IMG/VR virus record: IMGVR_UViG_3300037400_003271 | Coordinates: 8,853 to 72,852 of that record | Reading direction: 5' to 3' (one strand) | DNA: 64,000 nt | DNA from: a virus | Taxonomy: Duplodnaviria; Caudoviricetes | In this document: positions 55,091 through 63,702 of the stretch, piece after piece | Layout: each line of letters starts with the position of its first letter | Numbering within the stretch: the first letter of the stretch is position 1 | The notes under the pieces: model-generated | The model's input: the letters and a program-made list of their open reading frames with translations, nothing else | Database searches by the model: none | Told to the model about the DNA's origin: nothing | Program-made: the position numbers and the translations under genes

Positions 55091-55102
55091 AAACGAGCGA
55101 TT

Positions 55103-55669
55103 ATGGAATCTCAAGAAAACATCCACTACAGGGTCGGCGGCAAGCTGACCCACGCTGGTGTGGAGATGCTTCCCGAGGGGAACGACATCCCGCGCATCAT
55201 CATCGAGCGGATCGAGTACAAGGAGAGCGAGATGATCAACGGCCGCTCCGAGTTCGGTGTGTGGGTCGCGCATTTCGCGCAGAACCCGTACACTACCCTT
55301 CCGCTCATCCTCAACTCAACGAACCGGAAGCGGATTATCAAGCAGTTCCCCGAGTGCGACGGCTATCCGGCCCGCCTGAAGAACATCGCCGTGCGCCTTA
55401 CGAAGGAGCGCTGCAGGGATGTGCAGGATGGTGGCGAGACTTGGGGCCTGCGGATCAGCAAGACCCCGGCCGATCCGGCGCCGGCCGCTCCAGCGCCTGC
55501 GGCTCCGGCCAAGAAGAAGGTCATCACCGAGGACAAGATCGGCGTGATCGTCGACTGGGCCAAGAAAGACCACCTTACGATCGAGCAGGTCGCGGCCACA
55601 TATGACTTCGAGTCGGAAGAGGTGCGCCAGACCATCGCGAACGCAATCACGGACGATTTACCCGAGTAG
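55103..55669 (+). CDS. putative ssDNA-binding/annealing partner of YqaJ exonuclease
   Basis: PLILNSTNRKRI...GLRI motif; adjacent to exonuclease. Confidence 0.55.
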   Translation: MESQENIHYRVGGKLTHAGVEMLPEGNDIPRIIIERIEYKESEMINGRSEFGVWVAHFAQNPYTTLPLILNSTNRKRIIKQFPECDGYPARLKNIAVRLTKERCRDVQDGGETWGLRISKTPADPAPAAPAPAAPAKKKVITEDKIGVIVDWAKKDHLTIEQVAATYDFESEEVRQTIANAITDDLPE

Positions 55670-55672
55670 CGT

Positions 55673-56404
55673 ATGGCAACGAAAGAAGAAAAATGGCTGG
55701 AGCGCCGTGTCGGAATGATTACGGCGAGCGAGCTTGGGCAGATCATGAGCGCGAGCGGAAAGATCATTGACGGCAACCTGTCGTATATCCGCGCGAAGCG
55801 TTTCGAGCGCAAGCACGGGTTTTCTCACCCTGTGACCGCGCGAGCGATGGAGATCGGCAACGAGCAGGAGCCGTACGTGATTGACTGGTGCCGGGCTAAC
55901 CTGCCCGTCGGAGAGATCGTCTACTCCAAGGACCTTCCGGAGATCCCGTTCTGGGTGGCCGCCGGCTGTCCCGTCGGCGCCTCTCCGGACGCGTACACGC
56001 CAGACGAACGCATTGTGATTGAGGCGAAGACCCTTGTCGGGGCCACCGCGATCGAGTTCTTCGACGACGAGTACACCCCCGCAGAGGAGAAGAAGGCCGC
56101 TGTATGGAAAGACCATGGCGACCAGATCCTCGGACAGTTTATCTCGAACAGCAAAATCGAAACCATCCTTCTTGTCAAATACATCTACCAGGATGACGAC
56201 ATTATGAAGGACTTGGACAGCCCGAACGCTCCCTGGCGCGGGCTCGTGTTCAAGTTCGACCGCAAGGATTACCTTGAGAGCATCGAGATGATGCGTGAGC
56301 GCATCATTCTGTTCGACAAGATGATTGACGCGCCCATCAACCCTTCCGAGTTCAAGAAGGGCGAGTGGATCGTATTGGCAAACGGGCAACTGACCAAGGT
56401 ATGA
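55673..56404 (+). CDS. YqaJ/lambda-exonuclease family protein
   Basis: WLERRVGMITASEL; GNEQEP; GASPDA; IEAK. Confidence 0.85.
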   Translation: MATKEEKWLERRVGMITASELGQIMSASGKIIDGNLSYIRAKRFERKHGFSHPVTARAMEIGNEQEPYVIDWCRANLPVGEIVYSKDLPEIPFWVAAGCPVGASPDAYTPDERIVIEAKTLVGATAIEFFDDEYTPAEEKKAAVWKDHGDQILGQFISNSKIETILLVKYIYQDDDIMKDLDSPNAPWRGLVFKFDRKDYLESIEMMRERIILFDKMIDAPINPSEFKKGEWIVLANGQLTKV

Positions 56405-56568
56405 CACAGAAAGGGAACACCATTTTTGACGAGCGTGGCCGCGCCCTCGCGAAGTTCGTGTACTACGGGAAGCGCCGAGACATCGAGCGCACGCCAACCT
56501 GTACTATCGGCGAATATTTCGCGATCCTTTCATGGCTTATGGATCAAGATGAAGAAGCTGCCTCTTAA
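56401..56568 (+). CDS. small hypothetical protein
   Basis: MTQKGN start overlapping upstream stop. Confidence 0.45.
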   Translation: MTQKGNTIFDERGRALAKFVYYGKRRDIERTPTCTIGEYFAILSWLMDQDEEAAS

Positions 56569-57160
56569 CAGAACGACGGCTCCACAGGTGATCCGCCTTT
56601 TCGACTCGTGCTTCAAGCGCGGTGTCCTGGACGCTTGCGCCCAGGATGACGCCTATGCGCTTGTTGACTGGCTCGACCGGCACAAGAAGGCCGGCGACTA
56701 CGGCCTCGTGTATGACGACGATGACTTCGATTTCAAGCGCTGGCGGTTCACCATCGAGCGTTGGTGCCGCGAGGACAGGCTCGGGTCGGTCGGGGACACC
56801 TATATCGGAGCCCCGTGTCTGCGGACATCGCAGAAGACATTTCTGTTTGCGGTGCTTCCGATGACGATGCGCTTCTATATGATGGGCGTCGAGGAGTGGC
56901 TCGAGTACCAGAACCCTCTTTCACTCGAGCGCTTCAAGCACACGAAAAAGATCCACTGGAAGCCAATGTCGAAGCACCTGCAGGTGATAACCACGCAGGA
57001 CTTCCTCAGCTTGCTGCAGGAGTTTATCTACGAGCGTCAGAAGATGAAGCTCGAGGGCGACTTGACGGCGGCCCAGTATGACAGCTTCTCTGTTGCTATG
57101 TATAAGTTCACGAGAAAGTATGAGTTGCCAGACTTTAAAGAGACAGACGAAGATCTTTAG
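56549..57160 (+). CDS. hypothetical protein
   Basis: MKKLPL start. Confidence 0.65.
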   Translation: MKKLPLNRTTAPQVIRLFDSCFKRGVLDACAQDDAYALVDWLDRHKKAGDYGLVYDDDDFDFKRWRFTIERWCREDRLGSVGDTYIGAPCLRTSQKTFLFAVLPMTMRFYMMGVEEWLEYQNPLSLERFKHTKKIHWKPMSKHLQVITTQDFLSLLQEFIYERQKMKLEGDLTAAQYDSFSVAMYKFTRKYELPDFKETDEDL

Positions 57161-57485
57161 GATCGCGCACGACGACCCCGGCCCGTTGCACCTTGACTTC
57201 ATCGTGCTTCCGGTCGGGTATTCGTACAACGCGGACATCAGAGAGGCGAAGAGTGGAGACATAATCCGCCTGGCTGATGGTACGACCGGAGTGATCTACT
57301 CCGTCCGCGTAGTTGATATGAAGAGGCCGGCCGCGGACCTGCTTTGCAGGATCCGGTACGGCATCTCGCTGAAGGGCGCGCTTATGCGCTGGCGAATAAA
57401 TGCAAGGCTGGAAGGGCACGGAGAGAAGGCTGTCAGTGAAGATGAGTGTCTGTGGGTAATCTATTCCAAGGATGAACAAGATTAG
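57120..57485 (+). CDS. hypothetical protein
   Basis: ORF; start uncertain. Confidence 0.6.
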   Translation: MSCQTLKRQTKIFRIAHDDPGPLHLDFIVLPVGYSYNADIREAKSGDIIRLADGTTGVIYSVRVVDMKRPAADLLCRIRYGISLKGALMRWRINARLEGHGEKAVSEDECLWVIYSKDEQD

Positions 57486-57771
57486 TGCGAAATACGCGGA
57501 GTACGTGCTACTCCCGAAGGAGGAGGTCAGCGGTATCGTCGCCGGCCCGTTCCGCACGCTTGACGACAAGGTGTGCGAGGCGACTTTCATTTCCGGATGG
57601 GACAACCGGGACGGGAGGTACGACGAGCAGCTCGACAAGGTGTGCAGGAAGTATTGGGGCGTCGGATTCTCTACCGTCAAGTCCCTCTGGCACGAGAGGC
57701 GGTGGGAGATTGAGGGGTACTGGTACCTGTTCAACCTAAGGCTTTCCACGGCGGCAAAAGGCGCCGCATAG
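57472..57771 (+). CDS. hypothetical protein
   Basis: ORF overlapping upstream gene. Confidence 0.6.
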   Translation: MNKISAKYAEYVLLPKEEVSGIVAGPFRTLDDKVCEATFISGWDNRDGRYDEQLDKVCRKYWGVGFSTVKSLWHERRWEIEGYWYLFNLRLSTAAKGAA

Positions 57772-57779
57772 ATGCTTTT

Positions 57780-57897
57780 GTCGGAGTAGCTCAGATGGTA
57801 AGAGCGGCAGAGGGAGGGTTGCGATATTCCCGAAGTGGAAGCATAAATCCCGATAGGCCCGTTTCTGTAGACGCCGGTTCGAGTCCGGCCTCCGGCT
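57780..57897 (+). tRNA. tRNA-shaped RNA with a 52-nt insert replacing the anticodon loop
   Basis: 7-bp acceptor GTCGGAG/CTCCGGC; D arm; anticodon stem GCAGA/TCTGT; T arm GCCGG-TTCGAGT-CCGGC. Confidence 0.85.
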
Positions 57898-57898
57898 C

Positions 57899-59380
57899 AT
57901 GGAATTACGGAAATACCAACAGACGCTGATTGACGAGGCCAGAACAGCCCTGTCGAGACACAAGCACATCATCGTACAGTCCCCAACCGGAAGTGGGAAA
58001 GGCGTCTTGATCGGTTCAATGGCCTCTATGTCTCGATATAGGGTCCTAATTCTCGCGCACAGCGAGGAGATATTGAGCCAGGACGCCGGCCACGCAAGGA
58101 AGTGGGGGATCGATGCTGCTGAGGTTCTCGCGAAGACGAGGAAGCTGCCCGACGCGAAGTGCTGCGTGATGATGGCGCAGACGCTCCGGCAACGCCTCAA
58201 GAAGGAGGACTGGTCGGCCTGGTTCGACTCCTTCGGTTTCATCATCCTGGACGAGTGCCATCGCGCCGAGATGGATTTCATCTTCGAGCGGCCCGGCGTC
58301 GATAGTACCTTTGTCGTCGGCCTGTCCGCTTCGCCGGCCAGATATGGCCAGATGCGCCAGTTCGGTCTTGACTACGGCGCCGTCGTGATCGGGCCGCAGG
58401 TAAAGGAACTGATTGCCGGCGGATACCTGTGCCGCTGCCGCCTGTTCTCTCTTGACGCGCCGTCCCTCACGGACGTGGAGTGGTCGTACGGCCGCGGAGA
58501 CTACAACCTCTCGCAGATGGCCGCGAAGTTCAAGTCTCGCGCCCGCTATGTCGGCGCCGTCGAGAACTACAAGAGGATCTGCCCTGGCGAGAAATGCCTC
58601 GTTTTTTGCTGCTCGAGCGAGCAGACGATAGAAGTTACCAAGGCGTTCTGCGAGGCCGGAATTGACGCGCGCTATTGCCTCTCTGGAGACTTTGACGAGG
58701 ACGAGGAATACAGCGGCGACCGCAAGGACGTCGTCGACGCGTTCGCGCGCGGAGATTTTCAGGTTCTGGTGAATTTTGGCCTGTTCACGACGGGCGTGGA
58801 TATACCAGACATTAAGGTCGTGATGCTGATGTTCTCGACTATGTCTCTTGTGAAGTATCTGCAGTGTCTCGGCCGCGCCAGTCGGCCGGCGCCAGGGAAA
58901 AATGGCGAGTTCATATGTCTGGACTTCGGCCGCAACTACGAGCGGCTGGGCCGGTACGAGGATGATCGCGAGTGGTCTGTCTGGCATAACACCGGCGCCG
59001 GCGGTGGTCCGGCACCCGTGAAGGAATGCCCGCAGTGCCACAAGCTGGTGCCTGTATCCTGGACCGATTGCCAGTTCTGCGGGTATCATTGGCCCAGCAA
59101 GCAGGAGACATATGTTGCGGACCTGCAGGAGATAGCGGCCAAAAACGAGTTTGAAACCGTCGAGGGATATGTGTCCAGAATGAAACTGCTCGGAAAGAAC
59201 ACGAACTGGATCCTCGTGAACGTGTGCCTCAGGAACGATACCGATATGAAGGGGGCGTTTATGAAGGCCGCAAAGGTCCTTGGGTTGAAGCCTACGTATT
59301 GGAAATTTTTTAAAATGAACATTCTCGACAAGGCCAAGGTTAAGCAAAAAGACGGTACTTGCGGGCCAGGCCTCTTCTGA
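57899..59380 (+). CDS. SF2 (DEAD/DEAH-like) helicase with C-terminal zinc finger
   Basis: QSPTGSGKG, ILDECHRA, GLSASP, TGVDIP, QCLGRASR, CPQC...CQFC. Confidence 0.9.
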   Translation: MELRKYQQTLIDEARTALSRHKHIIVQSPTGSGKGVLIGSMASMSRYRVLILAHSEEILSQDAGHARKWGIDAAEVLAKTRKLPDAKCCVMMAQTLRQRLKKEDWSAWFDSFGFIILDECHRAEMDFIFERPGVDSTFVVGLSASPARYGQMRQFGLDYGAVVIGPQVKELIAGGYLCRCRLFSLDAPSLTDVEWSYGRGDYNLSQMAAKFKSRARYVGAVENYKRICPGEKCLVFCCSSEQTIEVTKAFCEAGIDARYCLSGDFDEDEEYSGDRKDVVDAFARGDFQVLVNFGLFTTGVDIPDIKVVMLMFSTMSLVKYLQCLGRASRPAPGKNGEFICLDFGRNYERLGRYEDDREWSVWHNTGAGGGPAPVKECPQCHKLVPVSWTDCQFCGYHWPSKQETYVADLQEIAAKNEFETVEGYVSRMKLLGKNTNWILVNVCLRNDTDMKGAFMKAAKVLGLKPTYWKFFKMNILDKAKVKQKDGTCGPGLF

Positions 59381-59408
59381 CGGCACGATATTTGCACGGG
59401 AAGCGGGT

Positions 59409-59696
59409 ATGACAGAACAAGAACAGAAAAGATTAGTACATGCCAAGCGGCAGTATCTTCTTAGGATAAACGATACGCCGGTTGCTATTTTGGTTGACGA
59501 CGATGACGAGACCATCGTAGCCGGATGTTTTGAGGCGTCGTCGAATGGGACCCCGGTAATATCAGCGAAAGAAACGATCGTACCTGTTTCGCTGAAGCCG
59601 ATCGAGGACGACACAGTTCTCGGCTATGCGCATTTTATGCTGGCGGGGATAATTGAGAAGATAAAGTTAGAGAAGAAAAGCGGATACGAGAAATGA
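59409..59696 (+). CDS. hypothetical protein
   Basis: ORF. Confidence 0.55.
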   Translation: MTEQEQKRLVHAKRQYLLRINDTPVAILVDDDDETIVAGCFEASSNGTPVISAKETIVPVSLKPIEDDTVLGYAHFMLAGIIEKIKLEKKSGYEK

Positions 59697-59938
59697 TACA
59701 CAAATGTTTGCAATACTGGATGCAGTCCGCAGACGAGATTGGTGGCGTACACGTCCATCCGCAGATACAGATGGATCGGCTCGGTTTGGGCAACTACTAC
59801 AAGGCCGTTCCAGAAACAATATGCGGCTGCTGGTTTTTCCTTTTTAAGGAATGGCCAGATATAGAATTGCCGAGTTACATTGAGAAGAAGGAGCTGGATG
59901 ACGATATGTTCCCAGAATTAAAACTGAAGTTTATTTGA
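59693..59938 (+). CDS. hypothetical protein
   Basis: HPQIQM..LG...YKAVPETICGCWFF. Confidence 0.6.
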   Translation: MIHKCLQYWMQSADEIGGVHVHPQIQMDRLGLGNYYKAVPETICGCWFFLFKEWPDIELPSYIEKKELDDDMFPELKLKFI

Positions 59939-59939
59939 T

Positions 59940-61133
59940 ATGATTGAGATTAAGAGAAATATCGGCTCTCCGGTGAAGGTTTTCGCCGAGACTTTCGAGT
60001 ACGAGGCTTACGACCAGGTGAAGGCGCTGGCCAACTATTCTCCCTATGCTGATTCGACCATCCGGATTATGCCGGACGCACATGCCGGCAAGGGCTGCAC
60101 TATCGGCACCACGATGACTCTGCACGGAAAGGTCACGCCGAATCTTGTGGGCGTGGACATCGGATGCGGTATGCTCGTGGCGGAACTCGGTTCAAGGATT
60201 CGCCCGGACTTCGCCAAGCTGGATGCGGCTATCAAGGCTGGCATCCCGTCCGGCTTCGGAATCCACGAGTCTCCGGTCGTCAAGTTCCCGATGCTTGACC
60301 TGCTCCGCTGTGGTCATGCCGTCGATCTGTCCCGTGCCGCCTGCTCCATTGGCTCGCTCGGTGGCGGGAATCACTTCATCGAGCTGGACGTGAACGAGGA
60401 GACCGGCGGGTATTACCTTGTCATCCACTCCGGCTCCAGGAACCTCGGCGTGCAGGTCTGCAAGTATTATCAGGACCTCGCCTACAAGAAACTGAATGAG
60501 ACCGGAGCGGCCAAGAATGAAATCGTCAAGAGACTGAAGGCTGAGGGCCGTGAGAAAGATATTCAGACTGAGCTGAAAAAGTTCCAGAAGCCACCGTGCA
60601 ATAAGGAGCTGGCCCATCTCGATGGCGCTGACTTCGATGACTACATCGCCGACATGAGGATCGTGCAGCGGTATGCTTCCGTGAATCGCTCTACGATGGC
60701 CGGGTTTATCCTGACCGCTATGGGGTGGAATCCGAAGGGCTACTTCGAGACCATCCACAACTACATCGACACCGACGCGATGATACTTCGCAAGGGGGCG
60801 GTCCGCGCTAATGCCGGCGAGAAGCTCATTATCCCGATGAATATGCGTGACGGCTCGCTGATCTGCGTCGGCAAGGGTAATCCGGACTGGAACTACTCGG
60901 CCCCGCACGGCGCCGGCCGACTGATGTCCCGTGCTAAGGCGAAGGAGACGCTTTCGCTGGATGAGTTCAAGAGCACGATGTCCGGTATCTATTCGACCAC
61001 CGTCGGCAAAGGGACCATCGACGAGTCGCCGATGGCTTACAAGCCGATGGATGAGATTATCCGGTGCATCGAGCCTACGGCCAAGGTGTCGGAGATTATC
61101 AAGCCTGTTTATAATTTTAAGGCCGGAGAGTAG
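59940..61133 (+). CDS. rtcB: RtcB-family RNA 2',3'-cyclic phosphate/3'-phosphate-5'-OH ligase
   Basis: MPDAHAGKG, VGVDIGCG, GSLGGGNHFIE, HSGSR, HNY, RKGA, PHGAGR, ESPMAYK. Confidence 0.95.
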   Translation: MIEIKRNIGSPVKVFAETFEYEAYDQVKALANYSPYADSTIRIMPDAHAGKGCTIGTTMTLHGKVTPNLVGVDIGCGMLVAELGSRIRPDFAKLDAAIKAGIPSGFGIHESPVVKFPMLDLLRCGHAVDLSRAACSIGSLGGGNHFIELDVNEETGGYYLVIHSGSRNLGVQVCKYYQDLAYKKLNETGAAKNEIVKRLKAEGREKDIQTELKKFQKPPCNKELAHLDGADFDDYIADMRIVQRYASVNRSTMAGFILTAMGWNPKGYFETIHNYIDTDAMILRKGAVRANAGEKLIIPMNMRDGSLICVGKGNPDWNYSAPHGAGRLMSRAKAKETLSLDEFKSTMSGIYSTTVGKGTIDESPMAYKPMDEIIRCIEPTAKVSEIIKPVYNFKAGE

Positions 61134-61134
61134 C

Positions 61135-61380
61135 ATGGAAAAAAAAGAGTTAAAACCAGGAGACAAGGTGTGGTTTATTGTCTGCAATAGGCACGATGTT
61201 GTGAGGGTCGTATCTGGCGAGGTCTCTTACATTCAATCCGAATATATCATAATACCGGGTGAGCCTCGTTTCGTCACGGTTAGAGACGAATACGGAAGAC
61301 CTTTTTGGAAAGTACCATACGATTTGGTTTTCCCTACCCGCAAGGCGCTGTGCGAACATTACAGGAAGATATTTGAATAG
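61135..61380 (+). CDS. hypothetical protein
   Basis: LKPGDKVWFI...VFPTRKAL. Confidence 0.6.
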   Translation: MEKKELKPGDKVWFIVCNRHDVVRVVSGEVSYIQSEYIIIPGEPRFVTVRDEYGRPFWKVPYDLVFPTRKALCEHYRKIFE

Positions 61381-61382
61381 AT

Positions 61383-61643
61383 ATGGGATCATTTATAGCG
61401 AGACAACCTAACGGCCTTCTTTGCCGCCATTCATCCGTGGTAGATTGTATCACGGAATACAATATGACCGAGGAAGATTACATCGAAATGTGTGCAGAGA
61501 GAGCAAGGGAGGAAGCGAGAATAAATCTTCGCCGAAAGTCATTTGTTAAACCTTACGAATGGGTTATTGAGAATTTTCTTCCAAATAATATGTCGGAGGA
61601 AGCGTTTCTTCGGATCAGAAAACAAATGGGGGAGGAGATATGA
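61383..61643 (+). CDS. hypothetical protein
   Basis: FIARQPNGLLCRHSSVVD motif. Confidence 0.65.
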   Translation: MGSFIARQPNGLLCRHSSVVDCITEYNMTEEDYIEMCAERAREEARINLRRKSFVKPYEWVIENFLPNNMSEEAFLRIRKQMGEEI

Positions 61644-62008
61644 AAGTATTTGGGCTTGTAAAATTCACGGAATTTGACGACGGCTTCGGGCGAACGGAAT
61701 GGGTTCCGAACTTCGATTATGTTGAGTTGTATCTGGACGAAAAAGACCGGGACAAAAGGCTTGTCGAACTCAACGGCGAACAACTGACAAACATCGTTAT
61801 GAACCCGACCGAAGAGTCGCACCCTGGGTGCATATCCCTTGATTACGAACTCGACAAGTATCGGTGGGAGCAGTATCGTCCGGAGCAGCCGCCGTGCTCG
61901 TTTAAAAACTTGAGCGGAGAGCCAGTTAAAGGCGGCCCTTATGTACCATTCTGCCAGGACATTGGCCGCGAACCAAATTTCAAGTGGCAGACAAACGCTG
62001 GTTTATAA
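61640..62008 (+). CDS. hypothetical protein
   Basis: coupled ORF. Confidence 0.55.
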   Translation: MKVFGLVKFTEFDDGFGRTEWVPNFDYVELYLDEKDRDKRLVELNGEQLTNIVMNPTEESHPGCISLDYELDKYRWEQYRPEQPPCSFKNLSGEPVKGGPYVPFCQDIGREPNFKWQTNAGL

Positions 62009-62019
62009 TTTTATGCATT

Positions 62020-62451
62020 ATGAAAAAGATTTTTGTTATCCTGCTGGCGGCCGCGATGTCCGCCGCCTGCTGCAAGACTCCGCAGCCGACGCCTTGGGAG
62101 TTTGATTTCTCGAAGTCGCTTCTTTGCGACGGTACGTGGTCGACGGCCTACTACATTCTCCCTTCCGGCAGTTATGCCTTGTGCTCCAGCCCGGAGCACG
62201 TGTACGGCGAGTACAGGTTTACGATCAAGTTCAACGAGGACGGGACGTATCGGTCTACGGGTTATCTCGGGGACGATTCCGGCACATACGTGGCGCGCGG
62301 GAAGACCGTCGAGGCCCGCGTGAACTCTCGATCATCTCTGAATATCGTGTTCAGCGGCGCATCGGAAACGGATGCGACCATCACGATCGTGATGTCTCCG
62401 GGCGGCCGTGTCGGGTCCTGGTATATTGTGAAGCAGAAAACTGTTGAATAA
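62020..62451 (+). CDS. lipoprotein with lipocalin-like pattern
   Basis: MKKIFVILLAAAMSAAC signal/lipobox; GTW...FNEDGTY...SGTY. Confidence 0.75.
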   Translation: MKKIFVILLAAAMSAACCKTPQPTPWEFDFSKSLLCDGTWSTAYYILPSGSYALCSSPEHVYGEYRFTIKFNEDGTYRSTGYLGDDSGTYVARGKTVEARVNSRSSLNIVFSGASETDATITIVMSPGGRVGSWYIVKQKTVE

Positions 62452-62465
62452 TAGCAAATTATCGC

Positions 62466-62473
62466 TATATTTG
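62466..62473 (+). promoter_or_regulatory. Bacteroidetes -7 promoter element
   Basis: TATATTTG in intergenic gap; ATG at 62491. Confidence 0.6.
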
Positions 62474-62490
62474 CAGAAAACAACACAATT

Positions 62491-62691
62491 ATGAGACCTG
62501 AATTCGAAGGATCGCCGCTTGAGTACGCGAAGAGCCTCAAGCCGCAGGAACTGAAGAAAGCCATCGCCTCATGCAAGAAGGGCGCCTACGACGAGTTTGC
62601 TGACCGATGCCGCGTCTGCTTTGAGCAGTTTGCCGCAGGTAATGTCGAGCAGGCGGAATGGTGGAGCAATCACGCCGAACTCGTAAGATGA
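62491..62691 (+). CDS. hypothetical protein
   Basis: ORF after promoter. Confidence 0.6.
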   Translation: MRPEFEGSPLEYAKSLKPQELKKAIASCKKGAYDEFADRCRVCFEQFAAGNVEQAEWWSNHAELVR

Positions 62692-63083
62692 TTCAGGACA
62701 CCCAGCCGCGGCCGATCAAGAGGCAGCACAAGCAGCCGGAAGCCATTATTCAGGCTGCATGCGTGAAGTGGCTGTGGAACGAGCGGCCGGAGACCCGCGG
62801 TCTGTTCATACACATCCCGAACGAGGGGAATCGGGCAGACAGCCGGGACGGCGCGCTTCGCAAGGCGCTCGGCCTCGTGGCCGGCGCCCCGGATACCTTC
62901 CTGTTCATCCCGCGCGGCCGCTATGCCGGTCTTGCGGTGGAGTTCAAGACGGAGGTGGGCACACAGAGCCTGGAGCAGAAGGCTTTCCAAGCGAGACTCG
63001 AGAAGAACCACTACCGATACGAGATCTGCAGGTCTCTTGACCAGTTTCAGAAAATAATTACAGAGTATTTATGCCAGGATTGA
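62688..63083 (+). CDS. VRR-NUC domain nuclease
   Basis: EAIIQAACVKW; HIPNEG; GLVAGAPD; AVEFKT...Q...Q. Confidence 0.85.
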   Translation: MIQDTQPRPIKRQHKQPEAIIQAACVKWLWNERPETRGLFIHIPNEGNRADSRDGALRKALGLVAGAPDTFLFIPRGRYAGLAVEFKTEVGTQSLEQKAFQARLEKNHYRYEICRSLDQFQKIITEYLCQD

Positions 63084-63607
63084 TACCACAGCGGCCGAAT
63101 GGCCGAGTATTCCCTCTGAAACAGGAGGAAATGGACGGTCTGTCCTACTATGTCCTTTCCGGATGCAAGCGAGAGGAGGCGTTCCTTAAGTTCATCAGGC
63201 CGGATTTCATTGGGACGAAGGCCACAGCGGCCGTAAAGGGTGCGGTGTCGCAGTTCTTCGCGATGAAGGAGGTCAAGGACTACATCGAAGCATACAGCGA
63301 GACCGTAAAGGGACTTCTCGAGCGCAAACCGGAGCCAGTGGATCACAGCGGTACGCTCGAGGAGCGAAAGGCCAGGGCAAAGGCTAAGGCTACCGAGTTT
63401 GCTATCAGCATGGCGAACGACATCGACAAGGCCGCTGATCCCGAGTTTGTCCTCAAGCTGATGGACAAGGTTGGGCTTCTGGACCAAGACGAGCACGTTG
63501 AGGCTGAACCAGGGCGCTTTTTGCCCGTGCGATGTTCCGAGTGCGAATACAGGAAATTCTGCGAAGAAAACTGCGATCGCGTCGAGGATGGCACGGAAAT
63601 TGAATGA
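63071..63607 (+). CDS. possible terminase small subunit-like protein
   Basis: EEAF...A...SQFF...EVKDYI helical pattern; follows VRR-NUC gene. Confidence 0.4.
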   Translation: MPGLIPQRPNGRVFPLKQEEMDGLSYYVLSGCKREEAFLKFIRPDFIGTKATAAVKGAVSQFFAMKEVKDYIEAYSETVKGLLERKPEPVDHSGTLEERKARAKAKATEFAISMANDIDKAADPEFVLKLMDKVGLLDQDEHVEAEPGRFLPVRCSECEYRKFCEENCDRVEDGTEIE

Positions 63608-63639
63608 CATTCTAACCGACTAACACCATAACTTTGCTG

Positions 63640-63679
63640 AGGGCTGGTCCGTCTCCGTGTCCAACGGCCAGCCCTTTTT
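63640..63679 (+). terminator. intrinsic terminator
   Basis: AGGGCTGG-T-CCGT...ACGG-CCAGCCCT-TTTT. Confidence 0.7.
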
Positions 63680-63702
63680 ATTTGAAACAATCACTACAGC
63701 AT

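Noticed and set aside
57812-57863. 52-nt insert as a classical tRNA intron spliced to a normal tRNA
   Set aside because: The flanks are GG... and ...GCCCGTT, so no simple excision gives a 7-nt loop with U33. There is no group I core and no clear bulge-helix-bulge motif. RtcB involvement remains only a hypothesis.
63629-63636. TAACTTTG promoter directly before the 63640 hairpin as an attenuator
   Set aside because: The hairpin is adequately explained as the terminator of the upstream gene and no well-spaced -33 element is evident; left as ambiguous.
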